Assembly: GCF_009914755.1 (NCBI RefSeq)
Contig: NC_060930.1
DNA length: 64,000 nt
Source of the DNA: the human T2T-CHM13v2.0 reference genome, Homo sapiens
Reading direction: 5' to 3' (one strand)
Each line of letters starts with the position of its first letter. The first letter of the stretch is position 1. Of this stretch, positions 34,698 to 56,077 are shown one piece after another. The notes beneath the pieces are model-generated. The model made no database searches. It saw only the letters and a program-made list of their open reading frames with translations, and was not told where the DNA came from. A program made the translations under genes and the position numbers.

Positions 34698-34958
34698 TTT
34701 ATGTGACATAGTACTTTTTTTTTTATTATACTTTAAGTTCTTGGATACATGTGCAGAACATGCAGGTTTATTACATAGGTATACACATGCCATGGTGGTT
34801 TGCTGTGCCCATCAACCCTTCATCTACATTAAGTATTTCTCCTAATGCTATCCCTCCCAAACCCCCCCTCCGACAGGCCCCAGTGTGTGGTGTTCCCCTC
34901 GCTGTGTCCATGTGTTCTTATTGTTCAGTTCCCACTTAATGCGTGAGAACATGCAGTG
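34698..34958 (-). mobile_element. 5'-truncated L1PA 3' end with a short 3' transduction, inserted in a MIR
   Basis: TTATTATACTTTAAGTTC...CATGTGCAGAAC...GTGAGAACATGCAGTG; TSD ACAAAGCCATTT(C/T)TT. Confidence 0.9.
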
Positions 34959-35089
34959 ACAAAGCCATTTTTTCACTCCTGCCTTTTGTATGCTAGAGGT
35001 TCCATACTTCTATAGCACATATAGTGTATAGAACTTCTAGCATCCTTGTTAAATTATCCTCCTAATTTGGTTGCCCTTACCTGCTCTAA

Positions 35090-35453
<364 letters not shown>

Positions 35454-37019
35454 TAATTAGGATTTTTGCTATCTTTGTAAGTCATTTCTGGGGCTACTAC
35501 CAGATATGAAAATACGATGTGAAATACTTTTAACATCTACTGACATGTTTATACACTAGCCAAGAAATGGCAGTGCACTGACATGGCGTCTTTATTCTAT
35601 TGAGAAGATAGATATTTTATTTGCTCACTACAATTCTTCATTGAGTGGTCAAACACTTATTAATATAGAGATGATGTAGGTTGAGATTAAGTTTAATTAT
35701 TTTTTGTTTCTGAATAATTTTATACTGTTCACAGCAGCATACCTTTATTAGTCCATATCTTCTGTTCTAAAATAGTATCATAACTAATTTTCATTTATCT
35801 ACCCAGTTTTCTTGAGATACGGATAATATATGATGTGGCATATATAATCTATTTTAATAACCTAAAACTGGAATATTTTATGTTTTTTTACTACTTTTAC
35901 AAAACTAAATAATAGGCGGAATAAGAGTCATTGCAAAATCTAGAATATTTTGGTAAATTTTTATCACATCTTCTTTTCTGCTGTCCCATTTCACTTCAGT
36001 TGCTTGGGTTCATTTTAATTCTACATGATTACTAATTACAATAATTGATTATTATACATACATATATAGTTTTTAAGACAGCAATTTAATACATTTCAGA
36101 AGAATTTTCATAGTCCCCTGGCTAACCAATTCTCTCTCCAGAATAAAATCCTGGCTCATTCTCTAATTTTTACAATGAAGTAATTTCTGTTTGGAAGTTA
36201 ATTGTGGGAATAAGGGGAGGATTGATGTTGACCTCTTTGAGAAGCAATCGTCTATGATTAGAAGAACCTAGGGAAAAGCGGTGGTGGTGGGGGAGATAAG
36301 TGTCTCTATTGAGAAAGTGTTAATTATGTTAATTAACACTGAGGCAACCTGGTTAGTTTTCATAAAGGAAGATTTTTATAATGAGGTAGGTGCTTAATCT
36401 TGTCAGAGAGAGTGGGTGTAGTCAGGTTTGGTCTTGTCTCAAAATCTGGAAGAGAGCACACTGTGTTTGGTAGATGTGAGTCAATCAGAGGATTACTTGC
36501 GATAGCTCTTCAATGACATTCTTGCATTGTCAGATTTGTTTACACAACTCCTCCTAGAGCCTCTGAGGGGATTAAATGATGATAAACAGCCTTTTATTTT
36601 CTTCAATTTAAGTCTTTAAAAAGTCTGTCCATTGCTCCGGGTCAATAAAAGGAGTATGTTTTGAACCAGTAGCTGTGTGAACTTTTTTTGCAGTAGATAG
36701 CAGTAGGAAAAAGTGAAGACTTTTTGCTTGTAAAAACATTTACTGTCTCCTAGCAATCTGCAGTGATGCTATGCAAGTCTGACAATAGATTAATGTTTTC
36801 CAATGTCATAAAACTTTACAGTAATACAGGAAGATTACTTAACTGTTTGCCTCAGAAGTTGATGCTCTGATTCTGGAGTCTCAGAAACTCTTGACTACAA
36901 ACTAACATCATAGAATTATCAATTATTAACAGCAACAGAGATTTAAAGCCATAGTTGTTTTGTCCAAACTTATATTTTTCATACAAGAAAACAGATTCTT
37001 ATTTATTTTTCACCATTCT

Positions 37020-37180
37020 TATTTATGTATTTATAGGTGTGTATGTATGTATTTATTTATTTTTCAGAGATACAGTTTCGCTATGTTGCCAAGCTGGCCT
37101 CGAACTCCTGGTCTCAAGTGATCCTCCTGCCTCAGCCTTTCATGTAGCTGGGACTGTAGGCTTGTGTCACTGTGCCCAGC
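37020..37180 (-). mobile_element. FLAM
   Basis: Alu monomer. Confidence 0.8.
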
Positions 37181-37304
37181 TTCACCATTCTCATTTAAAC
37201 TCCACTGCTTTTTTCGCCATGGTATATTATCTCACCTGAAATGTGTAGGGCTGAGGCTGACTTGGATGATAGGGTGAAGAAAATAAGAACTATAGAGTAT
37301 CTGA

Positions 37305-38310
<1,006 letters not shown>

Positions 38311-38454
38311 CTAACAATGTATATTCAGTACAGATGTGCTATTCTAATAAAATTACCTGCTTCTCAACTAGAATTAGACATGGTCAACATACAGATGCCA
38401 CAGCTGCTGGGTGTCTGCAACTAAATAGTTTGTAAACAAAAAGAGCGGGTAAGA

Positions 38455-38810
38455 CCAGAATGGAAAAACTCTGGCCTACAGGATCCAGGAATCAGGAAAG
38501 GGCCAGGTAGCAACTGCATTGAATTGGAGAGCAAATCATCATCTAGCAAAGGGACAGTACATACTCAGCTCCAGCTGATATAATGCAAGAATGTGAGACC
38601 AATCTTGCCAGATCTTTGTCTTTTTCAAAAAAAAAATTGATAGCTGGGTGCTTTTTAAAAACAGTATGTGTACTAGATAAAATCAGCCTACAAGTGGGTT
38701 GCTAGGCCCAGCAAAGAAAAACACACAATTCCCAGTTAAATGTTAATTTGTTTATCTGTATTTTACCTAACAAAGCTAACTACAGCTACCCATCAGTTTG
38801 CAGACTCTAG
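38455..38810. mobile_element. MER102-like hAT element containing a deleted MER53 (~38696-38778)
   Basis: TACTCAGCTCCAGCTGAT and TTGCCAGATCTT (MER102); GGGTTGC...CCCAGTTAAAT...CTGTATTTTA (MER53). Confidence 0.65.
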
Positions 38811-38828
38811 TTTAAGAAAACAGAAGGT

Positions 38829-39128
38829 GGCCAGGCGTGGTGGCTCATGCCTGTAATCCCAGCACTTTGGGAAGCTGAGGCGGGTGGATCACGAGGTCAA
38901 GAGATCAAGACCATCCTGGCCAACAGGGTGAAACCCCATCTCTACTAAAAAATACAAAAATTAGCTGGACATGGTGGCGTGTGCCTGTAGTTCCAGATAC
39001 TTGGGAGGCTGAGGCAGGAGAATCGCTTGAACCCGAGAGGCGGAGGTTGCAGTAAGCCGAGATTGCGCCGCTGCATTCCAGCCTGGTGACAAAGGGAGAC
39101 TCCATCTCAAAAAAAAAAAGAAAACAAA
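38829..39128 (+). mobile_element. AluSc
   Basis: TSD AAGAAAACA(G/A)AAGGT. Confidence 0.95.
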
Positions 39129-40146
39129 AGGTATGTTGACTCTTGTGGTCTGTCTCTGTCTCTATCTCTGAGGCTTGCCAATGACCTTGACTTAGTTTTA
39201 GAAGTGGCTGCCCTCCTTTTACACAACAGTAAATTATTTCATTATATTTTTGAATTGACAAATTTTACAGTAATATATAGGAACAAAATATATGCGTTCC
39301 TTTCAGTTACCTGAAGAATATATATCAAAATTGAATAGAGACAATTTTATTGTTAACTTCTAGTAAAGGGTAATGTTTTCAGTGAAATAAATATTTATAT
39401 GAAAGTTTCCTGGGAAGAAAAAAATTCCTATGTATTATTACAGGCAAACATAATAATAGAGTTAGAATGCTCAGTCTCCTTGAAGCTTTGCTCCTGTCTG
39501 TTCGTAAAATCAGATAGGCTGAGAACAAGCTGCAACACATCCACCAAAGTTATAATTAACATTAACTTGAGAAAGAGTCCTACCTCCGCTTCATGTTAAA
39601 TTCCGTTTGATCTTAATTGAAAGGAGGCACAGAGTTACAGGAAACAGACCCCTGCATTGAAAATGCTATGGTAATATGTTTAGAATTTCCCAAGGAACAG
39701 AAGATCTTTAGAGCACAGACATTTGGAAGCAGAGAAATTAAGCCCTTAACACCTCACAGCAGCAAAACTCTTCTATCATGCTTTGAAGGCCTTCGTTTTG
39801 GGATTTATTTTCGCCTTATCTAGGACAGGTCTAGAAACTGAATTTCGCTTTTGAAGCTTGTAATTCTTTATAGCACTTTGTCAATTTGTTTTCAATTACC
39901 TTCCTTCTAATGCTTACTTACCTCACATAGGCTACCCATCTCTTTGGCTTTTTCTTTATAGTTAAGATTTTTCAGAGAAAGTAGTGAAATAGAAACAGGC
40001 AAAATAAAGCCATTTTAAAAAATTAGTCAATTTATCAAATGTGTATTTAAGTTTCCCAAGCACTAGGCACCATACTGGGCCAGAGTTCCTGCTCTCAAGG
40101 AACACTAATTTGAAGAGACAGACAGGGACACAATAGGGACCACAGT

Positions 40147-40260
40147 ACAGGACCCCATTATCCATGGGGGATACATTCCAAGACCCCCGGTGGATGCCTG
40201 AAACCAAAGATTGTACTGAACTCAATATGTGCTATGTTTCTTCCCGGTACATACATACAT
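40147..40260 (+). mobile_element. MER2 (Tigger-derived) fragment
   Basis: TTATCCATGGGGGATACATTCCAAGACCCCCGGTGGATGCCTGAAACC. Confidence 0.8.
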
Positions 40261-40525
40261 GTGCCATTTTGTGGCATTCATGATGAGCTCAGGTCTGTTG
40301 TTTTGTAGACTGACCCTTAATTTTGATTTGTCTGGTTGGTTTCCTCATGATTCTATTCGGGTTAAACCTTTTGGAAACTCTAGTGCACGCACCACTGATT
40401 TGTAGCAGAGTCACATAATGTAAGTTTGTTCAGTTATTATTACTGGTGATGCTAAGTTTGACCACTTGCTCAAGGTGGTCTATAGCAGGCTTCTCCATTG
40501 TAAACGTGCCTTTTCCCTTTTGTAA

Positions 40526-40900
<375 letters not shown>

Positions 40901-40951
40901 TCCACTGGTGATTCTTGACTGGCTGTACAGTGTTTTAAAAATTAGGAAATT

Positions 40952-41716
40952 TGGGCATGGCAGCTCACGCCTATAATCCCAACACTTTGGGATGTGGAGG
41001 CAGAGGCAGCTGGATCACCTGAGGTCAGGAGTTTGAGACCAGCCTGGCCAACATGTTGAAACCCTGCCTCGAGCTTGCAGTGAGCCGAGATCGTGCCACT
41101 GCACTCCAGCCTGGGCGACAGAGCAAGACTCTGTCTCAAAAAAAAAAAAAAAGAAACCCCGCCTCTACTAAAAAATAAAAAAAGAATAAATAAATAAAAA
41201 TTAGCCAGGCATGGTGTTTCGCACCTGTAATTCCAGCTACTCAGGAGGCTGAGGCAGGAGAATCGCTTGAAAACAGGAGGCAGAGGTTGCAATGAGCTGA
41301 GATTGTGCCACTATGCTCCAGCCTGGGTGACAGAGTGAAGCTCCATCTCAAAAAAAAAAAAAAAAGAAATCACTCGCAAACATCTGGACTTTTAAATTCT
41401 TGTAAAAATTGAAAGATATGCAGGATACAGTGGTTCACGCCTGCAACCCCAGCACTTTGGGAGGCCGAGGCGGGCAGATCATCTGAGGTCAGGAGTTCGA
41501 GACCAGCCTGACCAACATGGAGAAACCCTGTCTCTACTAAAAATACAAAATTAACCGGGCGTGGTGGCGCATGCCTGTAATCCCAGCTACTCAGGAAGGC
41601 TGAGGCAGGAGAATTGCTTGAACCCAGGAGGCGGAGGTTGCGGTGAGCCGAGATTGCGCCATTGCACTCCAGCCTGGGCAACAAGAGCAAAACTCGGTCT
41701 CAAAAAAAAAAAAAAA
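40952..41716 (+). mobile_element. AluS with nested truncated AluY (41071-41152), then AluSp (41420-41716)
   Basis: Inner TSD GAAACCC(T/C)GCCTC. Confidence 0.9.
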
Positions 41717-42968
41717 TTAAAAGATATGGCCAACACTGAGTCTGTGTTCCTGGGTTGCAGTAACTGGTAGGAAATGAGTAGTGATTGTCTCCTAAAAATG
41801 AGGCTAAGATTTTCAGTTGACCACGGTTGTCATCATTCCCCATTGTTTACACTGCCCTGCTTCACTCACTTATGAATTCTTTTTCTCCTCTGTAACCATT
41901 TGAGCTCACTATCCTTGTATTATGGTTTCTAATTAAGGAATTTGCATAGCTGATGATGATGAGGTATATGGAAGACAGGAGAAGGAGCTTAGTAGAAAAT
42001 ACTAAAATTTTTGGTTTTAGATGTTTGATAAGCATTGACAATTCTTGTCATTAAGTCAAAGAGAACTCTGAACTGGAGGTAAGATTTGGAATTCTAAGGT
42101 GCTAGTTGAATGCACGGATGTAATCATTTCTTCAATATATTACATTGTATTATTACAACAATAGTTTGCAATATAATCATTTACTTACTATTTCACTTAC
42201 TGGCTTATCATTAATCTTTTATTTCCTGCACCTGATATAATAAAAATTCAATAAATTTTATTGAATGAATAAATAAATGAGTGATTCATATGAATAAAGA
42301 CACTTATTGGTCAAGAGGCATTTGAGGAGGAAAACATTCATGAGTCAGATAACGTGAACCTCAAAGGATAGTGAAGTTAGGGGAAGGTCGATATGATCTT
42401 TAGACTGTAGAAAAAGTGATGTGGTAGAATGAGCTGCCTCTACTCCAGGTAGCCTGTGGTGGAAGAGAGACCATCAGAGGAAAAACATTTCATTGAAGAC
42501 AGGATGGTGATCAGAGGGATATATGAATGAGAGATTCGTGGGATAGGCCTTAGCAGTGAGGTTAGTAGGCAAGAAATAGTTTCATTCAGTCAGGATTTTG
42601 TGACTCAGTAATAGGGAAAAGCAGAATGGTGGGGTTGATCAGCTTTTGTTCGGGCTGGTATAGGCTGACATTCTAGGTAGTGGCAGAAACCTGATAAGGT
42701 AGAAGTTGATAGGGTTTGTTCCAGGTTTCACATACAATGCTAGCAGAAGATTATTCTGTAGGGACTTCCCCAAAGTGTTTAGGGTTGGGATTAACTTGAT
42801 CCATGGATTCAAGCATTCCAAGGGAAATAACAACAGCCTGCAGTAATGTGAAGATCTACACTTAGGTTGTAATCTGAAACCACATTTAGGTGGTTAAAGT
42901 TGAGACAGTCTGCAGCAATTGGAGAGACAGACCCCAGAAAAAAAGGAGCCAGTTGGTCAGGTTACTAC

Positions 42969-43136
42969 AGTGATTCTCCAATTTTTTTGTGCAGCAGAAT
43001 CACTGAGGGAGTTTTTCAAATGTACAGGTTCCTGAGCACAATCTCAGAACATTCTGATTCACCAGGGCTGCCAAGTCCAAAAATCTGCCTAACAAGCAAG
43101 TCAGCTAATTACAAGGGCCACACTTAGAAAACAATG
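42969..43136. mobile_element. MER5A-like MITE
   Basis: CAGTGATTCTC...AGAATCAC...TTCTGATTCA...TTAGAAAACAATG. Confidence 0.65.
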
Positions 43137-43339
43137 TTTTAAATTTTAGAAGATGCTCTCCCCTTGATGAAGAATTACTGCTTCTGAAGGGCTTCTGGTT
43201 TAAACAATCAGGAATGGCAACGTTTATCTCTGTTTAATAGCCAGTTTTCTCATGGTATTTGTACTTGAAAGCAGTAGCTTGCTAAAAATGAAATACAACT
43301 TTGTATACTTGGCTACATAGTTACATATCCATCAAAATA

Positions 43340-43666
<327 letters not shown>

Positions 43667-44156
43667 TAACCTTAAGTTGTACCTTTTAGGGAAAATTATG
43701 TTGTTAAATTAATGACCAGCTAGGAAACATTCCATTGTTATCAAAAGGAAAAGATTCCTTTCAGGGTATGTGTGTTTGTGCGTTTCTACATTCTTCACAT
43801 GTCTCTTTTTCATTATTTTGCTGTTTTTGAACAGCTAACTATTTGCTTGAAGGGATTATAATGTACAAGCTACATAAGGCTATTTAGCAACACATTGCCT
43901 GGGTCTATTTTTGAATTTGGCAAACTCCTGTAGGACATCAAATCAATAGATTCTTTCAGTTCATCTCAGCTGTCACTGAGTACCTGCCTCAAAAGTTTCA
44001 AGGCTATGAGTTGCTCTGGGACTGTGGGGATAAATAAGATGCAGAACCTGTCTTTAGAAAACCCAAATTCTAGAAGAGGAAATCAAGAGGTAAATAACAA
44101 TGAACAATATGTAGTGCCAAAAAGTGCAACAAGAAAAGTGTGTATAAGGGGTATAG

Positions 44157-44553
<397 letters not shown>

Positions 44554-44710
44554 AAGCTCAAATCTTTAAAACTACCTCTTACTGGCTGTACAGTTGACCT
44601 CTTCAAGCTTCAGTTTCTTATTCTGTAAAGTGGGAATAACCCTCATGCAGCTATTATAAGGTGTAATGAAATAACACTTAAACAGCACGTAGCATGCTGG
44701 TGCTTGGCAT

Positions 44711-45521
44711 TGAGGACTAAGCTCTGATTTTTTTTTTTATTTTGCCCAAATTCCTATCTAAGGGGTCTGAAGAGTCATGCCCTACACACCATAAATTTTA
44801 ATCAGATGGATTTTATTTAACCCTATATATCGTGACTTACCTTCCAATCTGACTCTGGCATAACATTATGTGACAAAGAAGAAAGTCAAAATATTTTACC
44901 CTGAAACATGCTACTTTGTCATATATTGAAATGGCTCTGCAAAGCTGTCCTTTGTGGGGGAAAATTTACACCTGTAAATATCTCTGTTAACATAGCTAGA
45001 TCTTTTTCTTTCAGGCCATCCCAATCCTAAAGAGATTAACTAAAAGTCTAGCACCTTTTAAAGATCTGAATAGGAAACATCTAATGTCTCTAAAGGCAGC
45101 CACTATAAAACTTCAAAAGAACCTCGGTCTCCACAATCTTTTACGTTAACCTTTCCTTTCTATCAATCCCAAGTCTTTAGACAAACATTTCCTTTCTATC
45201 GATCCCAAGTCTTTAGACAAACTCAATCAATTGTCAGCCAGAAAATCAGAAAATGTTTAAATTTACCTGTAAGCCTAGAAGCATTCTTATCCCGTGAGTT
45301 GTCCCTCCTGCCTTTCTGGACCAAACCAATGTATTTTCTTAAATGTATTTGATTGATGTCTCATGCCTCTCTAAAATGTATAAAACCAAGCTGCGCCCCG
45401 ACCACCTTGGGCACATGTTCTCAGGACTTCCTGAGGACTGTGTCACAGGCCATGGTCACTCATATTTGGCTCAGAATAAATCTCTTCAAATATTTTACAG
45501 AGTTTGACTCTTTTGTTGACA
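44711..45521 (+). mobile_element. MER4-family (MER4D/E-like) ERV1 solo LTR inserted in a MIR
   Basis: TG...CA ends, 4-bp TSD GCAT, start TGAGGACTAAGCTCTGATTTTT, TATAAAA at 45379-45385, AATAAA at 45475-45480. Confidence 0.9.
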
Positions 45522-45690
45522 GCATTCAGTAAGGAGATGATACCTTCATCGAAGACATCCTCCTATTAGCATTCTAGAGCAGAGGTAGGGGCATGGGGCA
45601 CTGGGGCTTGATACTTTTAAGATCTCGTTTTACTTTTAGAGCATTATATAACTTATGGTGTCTTAGCACAAATAAATAATTTCCTTTTGC

Positions 45691-45950
45691 ATTTATTTAT
45701 TTAGAGACAGAATCTCACTCTGTCACTCAGGCTGGAGACAGCAATGGCACGATCATGGCTTAATGCAGCCTTGACTTCCTGGGTTCCAGTGATCCTCCCA
45801 CCTCAGTTTCTTGGCTAATTTTTGTATTTTTGGTAGAGACAGGGTTTTGCCATTTTGCCCAGGCTGGTCTCGAACTCCTGAGCTCAAGGAATCCACCCAC
45901 CTAGGTCTCCCAAAGTGTTGAAATTACAGGCGTAAACCACCATACTGTCC
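45691..45950 (-). mobile_element. AluJ with internal deletion
   Basis: Diverged Alu. Confidence 0.9.
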
Positions 45951-47010
45951 TTTTTTTGTCTTTTAAATGACCTTTCATCTTTGTACATTTTGAGGGCTTT
46001 TCTTTTGTTAACTAAGCTATTTAATGAGAAAATTTATAATTTATATAAGAGAGTTTACATTTTTTTGGATGCAAGAAGCATTTTTTTACCTGCTAGGAAC
46101 AGAGTCTCTTGAGTTTTTCCTTGTTCTGGGGTAAGGACATTAACCAGCAGTGTTTATTTAAAATACCGAGTGAATTTCCTTGAACTTCTCATTTTGAATA
46201 GACACAGGAGACATAACACAAATGGGTTGTTGACCCTGGCTGTTGACATCTTTAAAATACAGGTTCTGAGTAGAAAAAGTATGTAGTTCCTTTTTATGAC
46301 TGCCACATGGGCATTCTGTTTTAGAGTTACTCCTCACTGTAATGTTCCATATCATCATCATTTTCTCAGATTTTCACCTGAAGATTGATCTGTGGATCTA
46401 AAGGTCATGTTGCTTTTTAGGTAGCCTCATTATAAATATAATATTTGTAAGTTCTGAGCATAACAGAGGCCAGGAAAAATTGTAGCATTGACAATTGAAG
46501 TTCTGTTTTTGCAAACAATGTAACCTCAAATCATAGATATGAGATACTTGGTTAGCTCAAAATGACCAAGTCACTCCCTGGTTGGACATTCTGTGCTTCA
46601 CAAAATGTAATCTCTCTTTCAGAATTTTAGAAATAATGCAACATTTTAGAAGGATGATTTTACCTTCTTTAGTGCCAGATATTAGTCTGGACTGAGCAAT
46701 GGGTAGGTAGGCTAGAGCCATAAAAAGTAAATCATGATCGATGAATGACATATGTATGTATGTGAGAGTCTGGAAAGTATAAAGCTATCATAAATATTAT
46801 AAGAGAAAAGCTAAACCCTAGGAATTGTTTGTTATTATTTTCTGTGTCTCACTAATTAGATTGGCTGTTTTTCTGAGTTAATGTAATGTGAGTCTTATCT
46901 CATTGATGTATTAAGAATCTTTTATGTGCCTAGAAACAGGTTAGGTAATTTGAGAATTTAATAACTATAATAACAAGCATGCAATGAGTCAATAAAGCTG
47001 CCTTAAATTA

Positions 47011-47416
<406 letters not shown>

Positions 47417-47747
47417 CTAAGTTGAGTTACTAACAGTTAACTAAAACCAACATTCACCCATCTATTTCTTTAAAGTGGATTTTAAGTTTATCATCAAAAT
47501 ATTAATAAAGTATTTTGATATTGATATTAAATGATTAAATGTTTGATAAACAGTAGATATGATATATCAACTATTTGACATTGATATATCTAATGTTTAA
47601 TTTGTTTAATTATGTTAAACTAATGTTTCTTTCTCAAATGGAGGCTAGAAAGGAAAAAATAATTTTAAGCTGTACAAGGGAAGGATTTTAAGTTAGAATT
47701 TAGGCATACCATTTAAATGATAGCTCATCTTTTGATTTGTTTGTTGA

Positions 47748-49099
<1,352 letters not shown>

Positions 49100-49643
49100 T
49101 TATTTCAGATTCATAACACACTATGTGCATCTGAAGTAACATTAAGAACCTTTTGTCTTGGTTTATTGCTCTTTTTCCCTGGACTGCTTTCAATTTTATT
49201 TTATTGGCTACATGAACTTGCTCCTAAAACTGTAGGTAAGAGAAAAAAAAAACATAAAAATTAAAATGTCATTAATCTGGCTTTAAGAGCAAAAGGAAAT
49301 GGATACTTGGCTGAAGATTAAGTAAGAAAACAGTGGAGAAATTTTCAACAGTTACAGATTTAGCCAGCAGTTATGCCTCGACTGGGACTGTAAACAATTT
49401 GTACTTTTAAGTTCTCCAAATTCTGTCATATTCATTAATCATATTTTACAATTAAAACATTGCCAAATTTATGCCCTTGGAAGTTTTTCTAAGCCTTTCC
49501 CCCTTTTTCCCTCCTCCCCTCATAATTATTTAAATTTTATTTTTGTACATTCTGAAGCTTCTATTTTATAATTCTATTCCCCTATGAATCCAGTTTGGCC
49601 CACCGTTCAACTTAGTAAAGCCATGTTTCACCAGATCACCTAA

Positions 49644-52371
<2,728 letters not shown>

Positions 52372-52459
52372 ATGAGTACATAATTAAATTAAACATTCTA
52401 TGTGTTGATGAATGTTTTATAATAAATCTCATTTGTTTAGAGAATCTAAAGCTATTCCA

Positions 52460-53982
<1,523 letters not shown>

Positions 53983-55783
53983 TTAAAACTTAAATTTATA
54001 AAAAAGCCAGTCATATTTAGCAGTGGGGAAAAATTTTAGAGTAGGATATAGAACCATTAATACATTAATCTTGACTTTAACATTTCCTCAAACTCTCGAA
54101 AAGTATTTATCCTGTGTGTTTGATTTTAGAGCGCTTCACCTGATTCTCCTTTAGGAGTTGATAATGCAAAACAGTGAAATTTATGTAATTGTAAAGGTAG
54201 AAAACACTCCTTCATATTCCATATCATTTCTAGAATTTGATTCAGACCAAAATTATACCTAGCTCAAGTGGAAAATTTCTGATTCACAATTAGCAGCCTC
54301 CATCTTTATAAGCTAACAATGGCTCCTAAGTGTATTCAGTTTCACCCAGGAAACTGTCAGTTAAGAACATCCAAAATCTGTAGCCATATCTGGGTATGTG
54401 TAGCAGGAGATGAGGCCTTTTGCCTGCTTCTAATCATGAACCCACACTCATAGGAGACCAACTTTCTATGTCTGCACGATGCTGTATCCCACCCTAGGGT
54501 TGCATACATACTTGGGAAGGACACAGAGGAGTTATAGGGGAGTGAGTGTGGCAATGGGGGAACAAGTAGACAGTAGAAAATCATGGGTGGCACTTGGCTT
54601 TCCCCAAAGCCTAGAGGATCGGTCTGAATGAAAAATATGTTCTTCCACTTATGCTGCATTTCTTCTATGTCAACTGCCTGTTTAAATCCCATCCCATGAA
54701 TAAGCTGAAGAGTCATAGTTTATCTAATAGAGACAAAATCTGACGACAGGATATCACTCTAACTTGATGCTGGATTTGTTGACATTTGAGACAAAACTCT
54801 GGAACATTTATTTAAATAGAATTGTCACTATATTTTAATTTAGTTGATAAATTTATGGCTAGGGTGGAAATGCTTTCTGTGTGGTTGAAAACTTCAGGCA
54901 GTTTGCCAGGACATTTGCCTTTTAAACTTTGATGATGATGTTGTTTGGAAGAAAGACAGGCTCTGAGAGAACTAAGAGTGAAGGTTACACACACCAAGTG
55001 AGGTAGGGAGAGAACTAAGGCTCAGGATAGTTCGAAAACAATGAAATTTACTGTTTTAAAACAATGTGCTTTGAGAGAAAAATGATATTTGGTGAACTGG
55101 GTGACTCAGTTTATTGCTTCAACTTTCTACCTTATTCTGTATAGGTCTACTTTTATAACATACCCTTAGTTTTTACTAAGAAGTATGTAAGTGATATTTC
55201 ATCTTCTATTGAATTAACATGTGCTTTTTAAATTTACATACTTTAGATTTTTTTAAGGCTGTTGGGACAAATCATTCCACCTCTCTGTGTCCTTTCTCTG
55301 TGAAAAAAATCTACCTCCAGAAACAACTAAGAGTATTTACTTACCAAATACAGAAATGATTCTTGAAAATGATTCACAGAGTGTGGTAGAGAGGGATGAG
55401 GAAGTGATGTCAGTGTTGCTTAAGAAGACATGCAAATATAATGATTTAGGTCATGTCTCAGCAGATAGCCTTGTGGAGTTCCGGTGCCAATTTCTAGTAT
55501 TTGTTTTCCTTACCCTTCCTACTTTGTCTTGTCTAAAGAATCTGAGACATTTATTGATTCTACTTCTGGGAAGAAAATTGGAGTTCCCCCACAGGAAACT
55601 ACAAAAGCTTACAAAGATAATTAGGAAAGAGCAGTTGGCTCCTAGAAAAGTTATCAATGAATCCTGTTTGCAAGTAAACTCTGCACTAGAATTAAGACAT
55701 TTTCTAGGTTGTGTATATAGTGAGATATAGAATCATAGAGCTGGCAGAAGCATTTAAAATCTTGTTTAAAAATTTTATAGATG

Positions 55784-56077
<294 letters not shown>

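Noticed and set aside
55287-55730. Longest ORF (147 aa; first ATG at 55356) in non-Alu DNA
   Set aside because: No recognisable homology or domain, GTG start, and no supporting gene structure. One ORF of this length is near chance expectation in six frames of 64 kb. PhyloCSF or Ribo-seq would be needed to revive it.
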